Shown here: positions 1 to 13,751 of the stretch, piece by piece
Layout of the letters: each line of letters starts with the position of its first letter
Position numbering within the stretch: position 1 is the first letter of the stretch
NCBI GenBank assembly: GCA_965637545.1
Contig: OZ281496.1
Coordinates: forward strand, 2,790,001-2,854,000
Origin: Phallusia mammillata
Lineage: Eukaryota
Reading direction: 5' to 3'
DNA: 64,000 nucleotides
Translations under genes and position numbers: made by a program
Notes under the pieces: model-generated
The model's input: the letters and a program-made list of their open reading frames with translations, nothing else
Told to the model about the DNA's origin: nothing
Database searches by the model: none

Positions 1-1530
1 CACTTTGTCCCCGTTAACCTAAAAAAACATTTTTTTGTGTTGTACAAACCTTCATTTTAAGCATTAAAAAGTTTTAATGCGAGTTTTTGGACTATTTTCA
101 GATTAGATCAATACCCTCTATCAGAAGAAATGAATAACTTTCCGAACACCTGATGTAGTTTGCCACAAACAACATCTTAGACGTATTTTTTTGGCTTATT
201 CGAAACGTTATGTCTTGCATAATAAACTTGGTGTATAACCTATTGTTGTTTGAAAGTAATGCATTAAATAGCATGACTGAGTTTAAATTGCTTTACATAA
301 TTGGAATACTGTAACTTAAATTGTTTTGAACTTTCTAGAAACATTTGACGGAATAAAATGGAGTAAAATTCTGTGTTTGACTAATTTGTCGTTCAACTGG
401 TGTAATGCTAAACAAAATACTAGTTGTTTACTCAAGAACTTGTATTTCTGCTGACTTTGCGCCAACCAGAACGGTAGGGCTTCTTCAGAGCAATGAATGA
501 TATATTGCGAGCACACAAGCGAAAATGTACAAGGGCAGCGGGATATGATAAACAAACAATATTTTCTATGATCAGAACAAATCATAATGGAGCGAGGCTA
601 TTAGCGGTATGTCAAGGCAGTCGGCACCATCGAAAAAGTTGGTTGTTAAATTACTAATAAACACCAAAAAATATACAGCAAAGCAAATTTAAAGGCAAGC
701 ACCATTTTCAAGTTGAAACAGCTCTATTCATTTGTGTATTCCAATTAAAATTGTTCAACTAAAGGTGTCATGCATAATCAGCCAGTAACCAAGCATTATC
801 ATTTTTGCCAATGAATAGGTCGAAAAATCCAGCCTGCGGTTGGTTACTAACCCACGACAAGAGCCTTTTATTAACCGCGGTGTGTTTCTGGTACTGCAAG
901 TCTTTTCAACGCGCCAAAACTAAAAAAAATCGTCACTGTTCACAGAGACCAAGATTTACCAAAAAATGTGAAGTTTTTGCCACTCTGTTAGAGCTAAAGA
1001 CTTGTTAAGCTGATATCGATTTAGAGCGAAAGTATACAAAGACAGACATGTGATTGTTAGGATTTCCTAAACTGCTATTTTCCGAAATATAATAAAGCCA
1101 ACAAACGAGGCATCTAGAAAAAATGTTGGTTGGAAAATGCTTGGTGACCGACTGATTCAGTATGACGCCTCGAATGGGCCTGGCGTACTAAAACACATTT
1201 GTTGTGTCTATCATTTATTCACTGCCCGCGTTTATGTTTTCGCATACACTGTGCCAAATTTTATACTGACTAGTTCCACCAGTGTGTTATTGTTTGTCGT
1301 TACGTAATTGGTTGATCCAGAGTTTTAAAAGAGCCCGAAAGTTTAATTGACAGTCCTGTACATTAAAGCCCCAGGAAAAGACCAAGACAAAAAACACAAT
1401 GGACAATTGGTCTTGAACATACCATTCTTAGGCTGTTTGACATCGTTTTTTTTTGTGAAACCTGAGCCCAAACCCTGCCCGATTTACATCTCCGGGTTAA
1501 ACTTTTGAACGTTTTAAGAAATTTACTTAC

Positions 1531-1960
1531 GTGGTGTAAAATACAAGTCAAAGCAGTTCTTCCTGCAGAAGCAGGTCGACTGTTGACAAACAAATACCAA
1601 CGTTAATAAGTAAACTAATAATGTAGTGTGTAGTTTATCGTGTTATTTGTTAAGCATGCAACTTTGCACAACTATAGAAGGTTTCCCAGCGAGATTCGTG
1701 CAGTCAAACATTGCACTTCATACTTATTTTACCAGTTAACACGCCTTTATCGAGTTACCAAACGAGCTTTTTACAGCCAACCATTTGATTCAAGCACTAC
1801 TTCAACCACATAAGTTCGGTTTCCTAACAAGCTTCGTGAATCTGCAAACGCTTAGCACTTAACACGATCGTACCGGGTCTAATTCTGAGTGACTTGGCAC
1901 GACAAAAGAAGCAATAAACAACATCAAACAAGCTTTTGTCATTGCAGATGATTTCTTCAT
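1531..1960 (-). pseudogene. Cys-rich secreted peptide, subfamily 1, copy A (exons 1-2 only)
   Basis: Exon 1 1960-1874 (87 nt) MKKSSAMTKACLMLFIASFVVPSHSELDP, GT donor. Exon 2 1579-1531 (49 nt) STCFCRKNCFDLYFTP, AG/GT. No exon 3 homologue found downstream in the window, and the usual upstream module is replaced. Confidence 0.7.
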
Positions 1961-2049
1961 ACTGATGCGTTTCAATCAGTCAAAGTTTTGGGCCTACACG
2001 GGTTTTTGTTGCTAGACACTGCAAAAAACAATATTAAATATAACGGATG

Positions 2050-2930
2050 AAGGTCACTTTGGTTCCGTAAATTCTCGGTGCTAACTCTGACTTTCGGGGT
2101 TTAAAAATCACTAAAGTCCACGACCTACCGAAACACTACCGAAAGAAAGACCGAAAACTTCCGGTTAGTCACGAACCCATGACGGCTGGAGCATTTTATT
2201 AATCTTGCGATCAGTCGTTAAAAATGGCGATTCGTGCCCAGCGCATTGCTAAGTATTTTTTGCGCGCACCTGCCGAGTTCGGCCGTGCGAATTCAACTGG
2301 GTATCTCTATGGACGTCGAATTATGACGAAATTGGGTAACTCCTTAACAATTCTATTTTCGGTGGAAAGGATTTTCACCGAACGGTAGTGCACCGTTGCT
2401 GTACAGTTGCTAGGGTGTCAACTTCGGATAAAACGAAGTCCAGGTTAAACGGTCAAGTGCGATATCTTATGAACCCATGGTTGAGCACCGCTGCAACTCG
2501 GCATCCGAGCTCGTGGCCCGGCCCCCGTTCTGGATAAAATAAAATTGCCACCAGGGCGCGCCATTTTGTTGGATTTTGCTTGCGGAAAAGGCTCGAAAAG
2601 TCCCTGTCGCTATGGCAACGGCCTGAAACCCTTGATTTCCGCTCCCCCGAAATTCCGGCCGCTAGGTGGCGCATCAGCAAATGGTTTTCCGGTGCCGATT
2701 CGGCCTTAGAAACTTGTTTTTCGCGTTTTTCAATTTTCCGCGAGTGGTCGCACGCGCGCCAGCCCGCCTTTGCGACGCCCCCCGGTAGACGTAGAGGATT
2801 AGAAAAAAAAACATTAGGCGAAACCGAATCGGGGAGGATTCGGGCGATATGTGGGATCAGCCCTGAACCGTCTGTGCAGACCAGCGATTGATCATTCCAA
2901 AAAATACTGACACAGAGTGTGAAGTCAAGT
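2050..2930. other. GC-richer insert of unknown origin between copies A and B
   Basis: Visibly higher GC than the flanks; it interrupts peptide-gene homology. No convincing ORF or terminal repeats identified. Confidence 0.35.
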
Positions 2931-3416
2931 TATTTTTTTAAATGAAACCTGAGCCCGAAAAACGCGGTCCGACTTACAACTTTGGGTTGATCTATGTAAT
3001 TAATTTTGAACGTTTTTACAACTGAAGCAAGGTTAGTATTACTCTGGGCGCCCTGTGTATTGTAGCGTGTCGTGCTGTACGTGGGTTTTGCCTAGAATTG
3101 TTGCAAGCCAAGTGCAATTGTTTTTACATGTTTTATTCGTTTTGCATAAATAGGACTGTTAGTGAAACCAACTTGTGGTCTCTATTTAGCTCTTTGGTTG
3201 TAAACCGTTATTACAGGGTTGGAGCGCTTTCCAAGATGGAGAGGCAGTTTTGTTATTGTACAGAATTATATATAAATGATCGAATGGAGCTTAACATCGC
3301 CGCACCTAAACTAATTTTAAACAAATTCCAAAAGCTGTCAAAACACTTTCGTAACATAACAACAAATGTAGAGGCTTATTCTATTACATCTTAAATGTGT
3401 GTTTTGCTTGTTGCTC

Positions 3417-3994
3417 CTAGTTCATCACAATTCCTTCTTGATCAAGATGATTGCAGCGCCCTTGAGTTTTGCAGACTAGGCAGTTGTCACGGACTGCAAT
3501 AAAAAACTACGTTATTTTCATCAAAATTACACTTTAAAATGTTGTGCTTTGTGGTTATGAAATTTACTTGGTAGGAATAGATAGTCAAAGCAGTCCTTCC
3601 TGCAGAAGCATCTCGGCTGTTGACAAAATAAATATCAACTTTAATTAGTAAACTAATAATGCAATGTGTAATTGATAGTGTCATTTGTTGAATGTACGAC
3701 AGACCTAAAGAAGGTTTCCTAGCGAGCTTCGTGCAGTCAAACATAGCGCTTGTTGCATAATTTACCACTTAACATGCTTTAGGCGGGGGTTTATTAACAA
3801 GCTTCGTGCACTTAACCATAGCCGTTCTTGCATACACTACTTTGACCACATAAGGCGTAAACCCTTCGTACATCTGCAACGGATTAGCACAACAAAATCG
3901 TACCGATCGAGGACAAACCCGAGTGACTTGGCAAGATCAACGAAGCAATAAACAACATCAAACAGGCTTTGGTCAGTGCAGATGACTTCTTCAC
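3417..3994 (-). pseudogene. Cys-rich secreted peptide, subfamily 1, copy B (GTG start, frameshifted exon 1)
   Basis: Exon 1 3994-3904 begins GTG and is 91 nt (others 87). Exon 2 3616-3568 PRCFCRKDCFDYLFLP and exon 3 3493-3417 IRDNCLVCKTQGRCNHLDQEGIVMN* are intact. Confidence 0.75.
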
Positions 3995-6198
3995 ACTGAT
4001 GCGTTTTCTTTGCAAGTTCTTGGTTGATCAATTATCTGTCGGTTTCTAAACGATATGAACATTTTAATATGAGAGGCTTTATCATAAGGGACATCTCTAG
4101 TCAAAACTGCAAACATGCGTAAAACAACAATTGTTGGGCAAAGCTGAAACCTAAGCATTTATGACTTCCACCAGTCGTTAATGATTTCCTGATGGCTGCG
4201 CATTGTCACGTTTAAGGTTTAGCCTGTTTGATAATATTAAATCCACTACTAGCAATGATTTGTAGCGTAAATGGTCAAGAAAAATATGGCCGACAAACAA
4301 TGACTTTAGACTTGTGATCTCTTTAACTTGTCACCTTTGCCAACAAACTTGTAAATCGTTGGCACAGAACCAACACATATTGTGGTAAATACTTGTGTGA
4401 GTAAAGGCGGTAGATAGTTAAGTTCCACAATTTATCCAAATAGTAGCAATTTCAGCTTGGATAATCATAGTTGTAACTAGGTACAAGCTTTTCGGGTCTT
4501 AATTTGAACAAAACTAGCCTGGCATCACACTCGGTTTACATACGTGTCGTAATTTCTCGGACATTCGGGGTTTGAAAATAAAAACCTTGACTAGGGACCA
4601 GGTTGAGTTTGGATGATACTTTCAGGTCCTCTTACAACTGCACATATACATACCAAATCACCAAGCTTAGTTAGGCAAGACGTTTTGGAATTCGTCATTA
4701 TTGACAGAAATAAAGTCAGTGCTACATAGAAATATTAAACCGAGTACTCTTTCGTGTTGATGTTTTGCACGGTTTTAATACACCCGTTTGTTTACGTCTA
4801 GAATTAATTAGAAAGTACAATTAGGTTCCACAACACGAAAGTAGATAATTAAGGAATTGGTTTTATTTATTTTATTATTTTTTCGTTAGAGGGTTGGTGA
4901 CTTCAACTTAGTACAACTTATTGTGTTCCACTGCGTTTAAGTTTGAATAAAACAGACTTGGATAGAAATTATACGCAAAATTTAAAGCAAGCAGTTTTTT
5001 TGCTGGCAAGCGCTAAACAATGTAAAAGTTTACGCTCAAAACCAAATGATTTCCTTGAAACTTACGGGACATTCAGGTTTCAATCAAAGATTCAAAAACT
5101 GCAAACAGGCAAAAAATGAAACCAAAATTGAAACCTAAGCATTTTCGACTTTCAGCGGTTCTCGGAGATCTTATAGTAGTTTAAAGAGTACTGTTTTAAA
5201 AATTATCACTAGGAAAGACTTGTAACATGTACGATTGAAACATGATAAAAATAGATCCTATAAGTTTTCACGTTAACTACCACAATAGCTTTACATGTAT
5301 TCACTATAATTTAATGTCATTGCTTGTAAAAATGCAAATTGTTGGCACAAAGTACGACACTGGTATTTAAAATACGAGTGCCCCTCGCACGGCAGTAAAA
5401 CAGTAGCTAGCTAGGTTTGTATTGTAATCTATATAATCCATAGACGTTAGTCAGATTGACTTCAGTTTGGATTTATGATGTTTGTTTTCATTTTACTATT
5501 TTTATGTTTGATTAATTATTATCGGTTTTTCTAAATAGTCTAGTTTTCAATTGGTCTGCCAGTTTGTATTATATTGTATGAAATTCGATACTGGACAAAA
5601 ACGGTAAAAATCAGTAGAAAACACTGTACAGGACTAGAAAGTTAGTTGTTTCTGTTTTTTATTTTTTAATCCAGTGTAATTATTTCTGATCATACGATTT
5701 TCTGTCGTTTTGTCTTTGTAATTTTTGTGTTGTGTTCTGCATATTTTTGATTTATTTTTGTTTGTCTATACGTCTGCGTTGGAACCTGTGGTACTCAGTA
5801 AATGATTGTTTTTGTTTCTTTCCATATCTATCCTGAGTCTGTTTATATTTGTATTTTACGAGTTGTTTTATGCATATGCGGTTTATCGGCGTACGAAAAC
5901 AAGGCGCCCATTAGTGAAACCAGCTTGTGGTCTTTCTTTGGCTTATGGGTGAGCCGTTATAGCAGGGTTCGGGTCGTTTATGAATTAGGGAGGCAGTTTT
6001 GGTTTAAGAAAGAATAAGGCAACAGTGGTCTTTTGGAATTTAACGTCGCCACTTAAAAGATATTTTAGCCGAATTCCCAAAGCTGCCGAAATAATTCCGT
6101 AACTTAACCACTCTGACATTTAGCATACATTCATTTCTACCAAATGTAAACAGTCACCTGTTTTATTACACCAAAAATACATGTTGTATATGTTGGTC

Positions 6199-6808
6199 CT
6201 ATTTGGTGTTTGTTTCCTCTTCATCTTTAGTCGGGCAACGTCCTTGATGTTTACAGCTTATGCAGTTGCTAAACACTGCAAAAAATCAACAATTTTGAAT
6301 TTAACAGATGATCAAAACCAAAATATTTAAAAAATTAGAAAAATTGATTTGTGGGTAAAAAGTTTGCTTACGGAGTGAAAATCCAAAATCAGCGCAGTTC
6401 TCTGTGCAGAAGCATCTTGTCTGTAAACACAATATAAACACCAACTTAATCACTAAACTAATAATCCAGTGCGTTTTTTGTCGTGTTGTTTGTTAAATGT
6501 ACGACTTTGCACACCTAAATAAAGGGTCCTAACGAGCTTCGTGCAATCATACATATCGCTTGTTACGTATTTTACAACTCAACACGCTTAAAGTGGTTTT
6601 CCTAACAAGCGTCGAGCGGTTAACCATAGACGTTATTACATACACTACTTTGACTAAATAAGGTCGGTTTTCAGACAAGCTTCGTGCATCTGTACAGGGT
6701 TTACACTTAACACAATTGTACCGGGTGTAAAGCTGAGTTCCTTGGCAAGACAAACGAAGCAATAAACAACATCAAACAAGCTTTGGACAATATGGATGAC
6801 TTCTTCAT
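6199..6808 (-). CDS. Cys-rich secreted peptide, subfamily 1, copy C (intact, 70 aa)
   Basis: Exons 6808-6722, 6420-6372, 6275-6199, all GT-AG, phases 0 and 1. Product MKKSSILSKACLMLFIASFVLPRNSALHPTRCFCTENCADFGFSLLFSNCISCKHQGRCPTKDEEETNTK*. Confidence 0.85.
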
Positions 6809-8100
6809 ACTGATGCGTTTTTCTTTGTAGGTTCTTAATTGATCAATTCGCTGTCGGTTTCTAAACGATATGAACATTTTTCACAGAAGAGGCTTTATCA
6901 TAAGGGACATCTCTAGTCAAAACTGCAAACATGCGCAAAACAACAATTGTTAGCAAAACTAAAACCTAGGCATTTTTGACTTCCACCAGTCGTTGCTGAT
7001 CTCCTGATGGCTTCGCATTCTTCTTGCTCATAAACAACTGATTTCCTTGAAACTTACGGGACATTCAGGTTTTAGTCAAATATTTAAAAACTGCAAACAC
7101 GCGAAAAAAATCATATCAAAAATGAAACCCAAGCATTTTTGACTTTCAGCAATCCTTGGTGATCACTTCCTGCTTCAGGTACAGTTTGTTAAAAAGCACT
7201 GCTTTAAAAATTATCACTATCAAATACTTGTAACGTATACGATTGAAACATGGTAAAATAGATCACGCAAGTTTTTCACCTAATAGCGATTTACATGTAT
7301 TCAGTTTAATTTAATGTCATTGCTTGCAAACAAAAACTGCAAACACGCGAAAAACAATAACAATTGGTTTCAAAAATGAAACCTAAGCATTTCTTACTTC
7401 TTCCAGTCGTTAGTGATAGCTTTTCAGCTGCATGTTCTCACATGTACGTTTTAGTCTATTTGATAATAAATTCACTACTATAGCAACGAATTATAACTTT
7501 TACGGTTAAAAAATGGCAAAAAAGGTCTGCAAATTATCATCCTAACCACCTTAATGACTTTTACAATGTGGTAACTTAAATTGTTATCCTTGCTTACAAA
7601 GTTGAAAAATGTTGTCACAGAGTACAGCAGTGAAATTTACCACATAGTAAGTACTCCCTTGTGGATATAGGAATAAGCATTAACGTCAACAGCACGAAGT
7701 TCATTAGGAAATCTGCTTAGGGCTTAAAAAGTCGTGCACGCTAAACTTTACAACCCTTAGCTGTTTAGTGAAAACCAATAATGTTCCACAACCATATTGT
7801 ATGTATAGCTATGTATACTATACAAAGGCCCTATTGTTCTGTAATTTCAAATTGTATAGTAATATTACGGGTTGTACTAAATACCGCATGTTACTGCACC
7901 GTTCTCTTCATTGTAGCACTCTACCATACAGAAACAATTGCATTGCATCCAGCGTAAAAGCTGTCTGCATTGACTTGACAGTAATAACACCAAGTAAGGT
8001 TTGATCGTTAAATGTAATTTCGTCATGTTAATGCGTTTTTATTAATAGTTGTTTAAACCGGATTGCATTTAGTCCGGTACAACTGTCAGTTTGAACATTT

Positions 8101-8460
8101 TCCCGCATGTGCAAGACAAGCCATTTCCCAAGAAGATGCGATAGCATGTCCACTGTAAACAGAATATAAACACCAACTTTAATCAGTAAACTAAAAATCT
8201 AGTATTTTGTCGTGTATTTTGTTAAATGTACGATTTTGCACCCCTAAAACGGGTTTCCTAACGAATTTCGTGCAGTCAACTGCAGCTACAGACACATATT
8301 TTCTAGCCCCTTTTTTCCTGACAAGCTTAATGCAGCCAACTATTGCTACAAGCACAAATGTGTTAGCCAAAAAGCCGGTAAACACTTTAGAATACCAAAT
8401 AAACAAACAAGTAGTATGTTGCGCAAAACCTACGTGGCTTGTAGCGATCCTTGTCAATGT
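8101..8460 (-). pseudogene. Remnant of subfamily 1 intron 1 and start of exon 2
   Basis: Homologous to intron 1 of copy C, including the acceptor gtttacag and a few exon-2-like bases (tggacatgctat). It then joins an inverted piece of the upstream module. No exon 1 or exon 3. Confidence 0.55.
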
Positions 8461-9754
8461 ACAATTACGTACGCTACTTGTGCTGGATTTTTTAACTCAG
8501 CATTCTCATTTTTAAACAATACTGTTTGCTTATTTATGTTACTAATTTAACAAATTTGTCGTTCAACTGATGTAATGCTAATAAATATGCAACCTTGTGG
8601 ACGAAACGCTTGTTCAGTATTTTCTATGTTTACTCTGTTATGTTTCAAGGTCTTAAATGTAGAAAAATATTTGGATGACGAAGCTAAAACCTTTTTTTTA
8701 TCTTGTAAGTTGAATGGGTTGCAGGTCAAGTTTATTTACTGCATTCTAATCATTTTTTGTCTTGTTCTTTGACCTTGCATTCAGTATGTAAATTATAATC
8801 AGTTTCTAAATTTAATGTGTAGCCAAAAATTTAACACAAAATTTTTCAATTTATTTTTATTTTTCTGAAATTATGAGCATCCAAAAGTGTCTTTTGTAGT
8901 CTCTGATGCTATTGCAACTCTTCTTGCAGCTGAAATAAAAAATAGCACGCAATATTCTACAACAAAAGCCAAAGTAACAAATCGTTTTTTGTCAAAATGC
9001 AACGAATTTTTTAAAGTAAAAGTGTGTGATCACAAATAAAATTATTGAGGTTCGATTTTTGACAATTTTCTCCATTAATTTTTCGAGATTGAAATTTTGC
9101 ACGTGGTTTTAATGTTTTATTGCCTGTGTAAATCCGAGTTGTTATTTAGATCGGGTTTAAGTTTGAACAAAAGAGTTAGTAAGGGCCTGAATTCACACTA
9201 GACTTTATTCGTGCCAGAATTTTGCCTTTACGGCTCAATTTGTTGTTTGAGTAAATTCTTTCATGAAAATGTGTACAGCAAATATAACGTGGTAACTCAC
9301 CAAGGCATTTACTCCACAGGCATTTCATCATCGATATTTTCAATCATTGCCTGTTCCAAAGCTGATTTTTCTTTCACTGGCACAAAAACAAACATTTCAA
9401 TTCAAACAAGACTAGAGATTTACTTTTTGTAACAAAAGTTAAAATATTTTCAATTTTGCAAAAAAAATGCATTACTTCTGAACAGTAAAAACGTTTTAAA
9501 GGTTGTTTCAGCGAAACACGTAAACATTTAAGACTTAAACATAACTTAAAAATACGAAACAAAATTACCTTGGTCTAGTTGACCACCCCTGAAAAAAGAA
9601 TACAAATGTCGGCATAGGGTATTTTATTCAGCCACAAACAAAACAGTTTCCTAATTATTTTGTACCAACCGAATTATACTAGCTATATACCAACACACAG
9701 TTGTGAAGATCTGTTTAACTGAACATATCAACTTGTCAACCAATCGTGGTGCAC

Positions 9755-9825
9755 AGAGTTGCAAGTCGGGCCGGACTTTTCGGGCCGGGTTTGGGTTCGG
9801 GCCGGGTTCGGGCCTAAGCTTTCCA
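9755..9825. repeat. (CGGGCCGGGTT)-type GC-rich interspersed repeat end
   Basis: cagagttgcaagtcgggccggacttttcgggccgggtttgggttcgggccgggttcgggcctaag; related pieces near 1458-1495, 2945-2985 and 56585-56645. Confidence 0.55.
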
Positions 9826-10020
9826 TTGCATCAAATATTTACTGGGCTACTTCAAAAAAGCAAACAAACAACTTACATGAAGTAGTTGCCAAATGCAAGC
9901 GTGTGGCGTAAAAATCTTGCTTCTGTGCTGGCCAAACACAAAGTAGCAACCAGAAGAATAGACAGACACAGATTGTTCATGATGACAGTTAGCTTGTTGA
10001 AGTTGAAAACTCACTGTGCA

Positions 10021-10263
10021 CACTGTTTCGACCTATAAGGTTTTATCTGTGCAACTGGTGACAAAAGATAGGTCATGTTAGCTAGTATGATCATCCAACG
10101 GTACTCCAGTTTGCCACAACTGGGCATAAACCACAAAGGAAACTGGATCACAATGGCCAAGCAACTGCTTGGGAACTGAAGTGAAGTTGGCTCTGTGCCA
10201 TTGGATGGCTATACTATCTCTCGTCACCAGTTGCACAGATAAGACCTTATAGTTCGAAACAGT
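10021..10263. mobile_element. MITE-like element with about 50-bp terminal inverted repeats
   Basis: 10021-10071 (cactgtttcgacctataaggttttatctgtgcaactggtgacaaaagatag) is the near reverse complement of 10214-10263; non-coding interior. Confidence 0.7.
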
Positions 10264-10371
10264 TCATACTGTGTGCAGCTTGTTGTACCTTTATTTAATT
10301 GGGACCTTTCGACACGGACCTAAAAGTAAACCTGATAAAAACTCGTCGATATTTGCTTTGTGGGTATCGCA

Positions 10372-10777
10372 CTAATGACACCCCAAAGTCAGCGCAGTTT
10401 TCGATGCAGAAGCATGGCGTCTGTTAGCACCAACTTTTATTAGTAAACTAATAATCCAAAGTGTATTTTGTTGTGTACTTCGTTAAATGTACGACCTTGC
10501 AAATCTAAAAATGGTTACCAATCAGGCTTTATGCAGTCAACCATAAATACAGGCACAAAATAATTATCTCAACAGCGAGTTTTTGTCTACCAAGCTTGCA
10601 CAATTAACTATAGCTATAGACACAAATAACAAGACTAATAAGCTTTGCGCATTCATTCATAGATACAAGCGTAAAACACTTCTTTGACCCATAAGGCCGC
10701 TCTGAATGACCTGACAAGACAAAAGCAATAATAAACAGCCACTAACATGCTTTGGTCATTGCAGATAATTTCTTCAA
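10372..10777 (-). pseudogene. Cys-rich secreted peptide, subfamily 1, copy D
   Basis: Start mutated to TTG (10777-10775), in-frame TAG after KAC, exon 1 donor lost. Exon 2 from 10420 reads TPCFCIENCADFGVSL with a damaged donor. No exon 3. Confidence 0.75.
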
Positions 10778-11219
10778 ACTGTTTTTATGCGAATTCCCGG
10801 TTGATCAAATTCGCTGTCGCATTCTAAGCGATATGAACATTTATCATATCAGGGGCTTCAGCTTCGTAAGGGATATTTCAAGTCAAAAACTGCAAACACG
10901 CGAAAAACAACAACAATTGTTAGCAAAACTGAAACCTAAGCATTTTTGATTTCCACCAGTCGTTACTGATTTCCTGATTGCTTCGCACTGCTACATGTAA
11001 GGTTTAGTCTGTTTGATAATAAATCCACTACTAGCTACGGTTTGTAACGTAATTGGTTAAAACATGGTAAAATAGGTCTGACAACGTTTCACCTTAACTA
11101 CTATCATCTACAACTTCGCAATCATCACAGTTGTAAGAGATACATATTTTTTAGGTTAGTTTTGTGATTTAATTTCAACAAACACTCATATATAAATTAT
11201 TGTGCGCCAAGCCCGTTGA

Positions 11220-11520
11220 GCGCGTAATAGCTAATCAAGCCGGTGTCCCAAACATTCGCAATTGGCAGGGCACAAAGAAAAATCTATCCTGCGGTCGAAC
11301 TGGCGATCCCCAACTACGAAGCTGACATGTACGGTGTACAAGGCAGACAACGGTGCTTGTGATTCGACTTGCGGCGGTTTCTCCGCGGTGCCTGTGCAGC
11401 TCGGTTGGTAGAGCGCGAGTCCCGGCCAGACTCTTGTTGTAGGTTCGAATTCCAGTACAGGCCAGATGTTTCTAGTCCGTGCCTTGCCATATGGGAATGC
11501 TTGACGTGCCTTGCCATATG
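11220..11520. mobile_element. tRNA-derived palindromic element (degenerate copy)
   Basis: tRNA-like unit on + at about 11390-11460 (gcctgtgcagctcggttggtagagcgcgagtcccggccagactc...ggttcgaattcc...aggc) with its tail, and an inverted tail at 11220-11295. Same family as 53016-53376. Confidence 0.65.
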
Positions 11521-11619
11521 GGAATAATTCGGTATGGTACCCTCAATGGGTCTGACGTACTATGATTTACAAACGAGCATGCTATGATCGCTTGTCAGCA
11601 TGACCGCTTCAGGGTCGAC

Positions 11620-11778
11620 CCCAGTATGAATGTATTTATTTTGCAGCATACAAGGCAGGCAACGGTGCTTTTAAATCGACTTTTGGCGGGTTCACCACTG
11701 GCTCAGTTGGTCCATGAAAGACTCCTGGCGTGGGTTCGAATCCCACCCACGTGTCTTGTCATATGGGAAAGCCTGGCG
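11620..11778 (+). mobile_element. tRNA-derived element, right half
   Basis: ggctcagttgg...gggttcgaatcccacc followed by a tail ending gcctggcgtac. Confidence 0.55.
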
Positions 11779-12260
11779 TACCGTAAAGAGTAAAGTACCG
11801 TCAACTAAAATCATGGTGTGGAGCTGTTTTGTCATTTTTTTCCAAAGCCTAATAAATAATCAACAAATGTTCGTCACTGTTCACAAGATGACAAAACAAT
11901 GACAAAACGGTTCTGACACTATGGGAAGCAAAATGCTTGATAGGCTGAAATCACAAAATTTTATAGAAAGGCAAGCACAGCGATTGTTATGAACTTTATA
12001 ATTACTATTTTCCGAAATAAAAAAACTCAACATCTCAGAAGAAATTGTTGAATGTGAATATTTAGTATTTAAGTAGCTTCAATTTTCCTGGAATTTTGGG
12101 TCAATCGCAATCGATATGTACGACCTTGTTAGTTTGAAGCTGACAAGCTTTGTACAGTCAAGCATATACGTTGTTACTAGTACTACTTCGACCGCAAAAG
12201 AATGGTGTCCCAGCAAGATTTTTTTTATCTGCAAAGTATTAGCAGTTAACACAATTTAAC

Positions 12261-12347
12261 CTGTGCTGTAGCTGAATGACTTGACAAGACAAAGACAACA
12301 ATAAACAACATCAAACATGCTTTGGACATTACTGATGATTTCTTCAT
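12261..12347 (-). pseudogene. Cys-rich secreted peptide, subfamily 1, copy E (exon 1 only)
   Basis: 87-nt exon MKKSSVMSKACLMLFIVVFVLSSHSATAQ with GT donor and upstream module. Intron 1 homology ends near 12110; it has no exon 2 or 3 of its own. Confidence 0.7.
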
Positions 12348-13284
12348 ACTGCTTTCTTTGCAGATTCTTGGTTGATCAACTCTCTGTCGGCTTCTAAACG
12401 ATATGAACATTTCCCATATGGGCGCTGCAGCAAAACAGATATATTATTGCAAAAACTGCAAACACGCGTAAAACAACAACATTTGATATCAAAAATGAAA
12501 CCTAAGCATTTCTGACTTCCTCCAGTTGCAGATAATTTCTTTATACGGATGCGATTTTTTGCAGGTTTTTAGTTGATCAGTTGGCATTCGCCTTCTGAAC
12601 GATACGAACATTTCCCATATGCGCAAAACGGGTTGGCTTTTTAATGAATGGGATATCCGGTCATTTGTAGCAGGTTGCAAAACTGCAAACAGACCAATCA
12701 AATAAATTGATGTCAAAACAGAAACCTGCTTGATTTGTAACAATAGCCGCATCACACTGAAAATATCACCGTTTTTGCCATATAATAACAGATAAACTGT
12801 GTTTTGCCTTTTCATCATTTATCAAACGCAATGTCGTTAATTTAGTGGCCCAAAAGCAATTGCACATTTAAAGCGTTCATTAAGTGCAAATGTCGCTGTT
12901 ACAGATTTCTATGGTTTGTTTCTTGTACTGTAAGTGTATCAGCAAGACAAAAAAGTTCGTCACTGGTCACAGATAGACTGCCGAGGTTATAAAGAATGTG
13001 CCAAACGGTTTGGCCACTATGCAAAGCTAAAGACTTCTTAAGCTGAAATCAATTTGAAGAAAAGCAAGTGATTGTTACAAAATATCTAAATTGCTATTTT
13101 CCGAAATAAAAGCAACTAACAACCCATGCAACTAATGCAATTGTGTCGCTATGTTTTCTTTCACCAAGCGAAATAAACTTAACCTAGCTCAGCTCAACTC
13201 AGTTACTCTGATACCTAAAAAATAATCATTTCCACCAACAAATTTCCTTTATTGCTGCTTTAGTGCATATTTTATTTGTTGGTT

Positions 13285-13751
13285 CTATTTGGTGTTTGTT
13301 TGCTCTTGATCTTTGGAACCGCAGAGCCCTCGGGCTTTACAGGTCAGGCAGTTTTGGGCCACTAGAAAAACATTTTTGTTAGAAAAACTAATGATCCAAT
13401 GTTTTTTTAAATGTACGACTTTACACACCTAAAGCATATTTCCTAACAAACTTCATGTTGACAACCATGACTACGGGCACGAATTTACCAGCCAAAAAGC
13501 AGGTTTCCTAACGAGCTTTGTGGAGTCAAACACGGTGCTTGTTATATGCACAACCTTGTAAGCTCCTTACAAGATTCGTACGGTCCGGCATATACGCTGC
13601 TATAAGCACTACTTGCCTGCAAAAGAGTAATGTATCTGCAAAGTAGCAGTTATCACAATTGTACCTGCGCTGTAGCTGAATGACTTGACAAGACAAAGAC
13701 AACAATTAACAACATCAAACATGCTTTGTACATTACTGATGATTTCTTCAT
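13285..13751 (-). pseudogene. Cys-rich secreted peptide, subfamily 1, copy F (exon 2 deleted)
   Basis: Exon 1 13751-13665 MKKSSVMYKACLMLLIVVFVLSSHSATAQ and exon 3 13361-13285 (x)AQNCLTCKARGLCGSKDQEQTNTK* are intact. Intron 1 joins the end of intron 2 directly, so phase 0 to phase 1 splicing gives ...AQWPKTA*. Confidence 0.75.

Noticed and set aside
316-585. Cys-containing 89-aa ORF as the missing exon 3 of copy A
   Set aside because: No CxxCxxxGxC motif and no homology to other exon 3 copies in the required phase.
6199-6808. Naming the peptides as clavanin, styelin, halocidin, turgencin or a defensin
   Set aside because: The cysteine number or spacing does not match those families as I recall them, and no search could be run, so no gene symbol is assigned.
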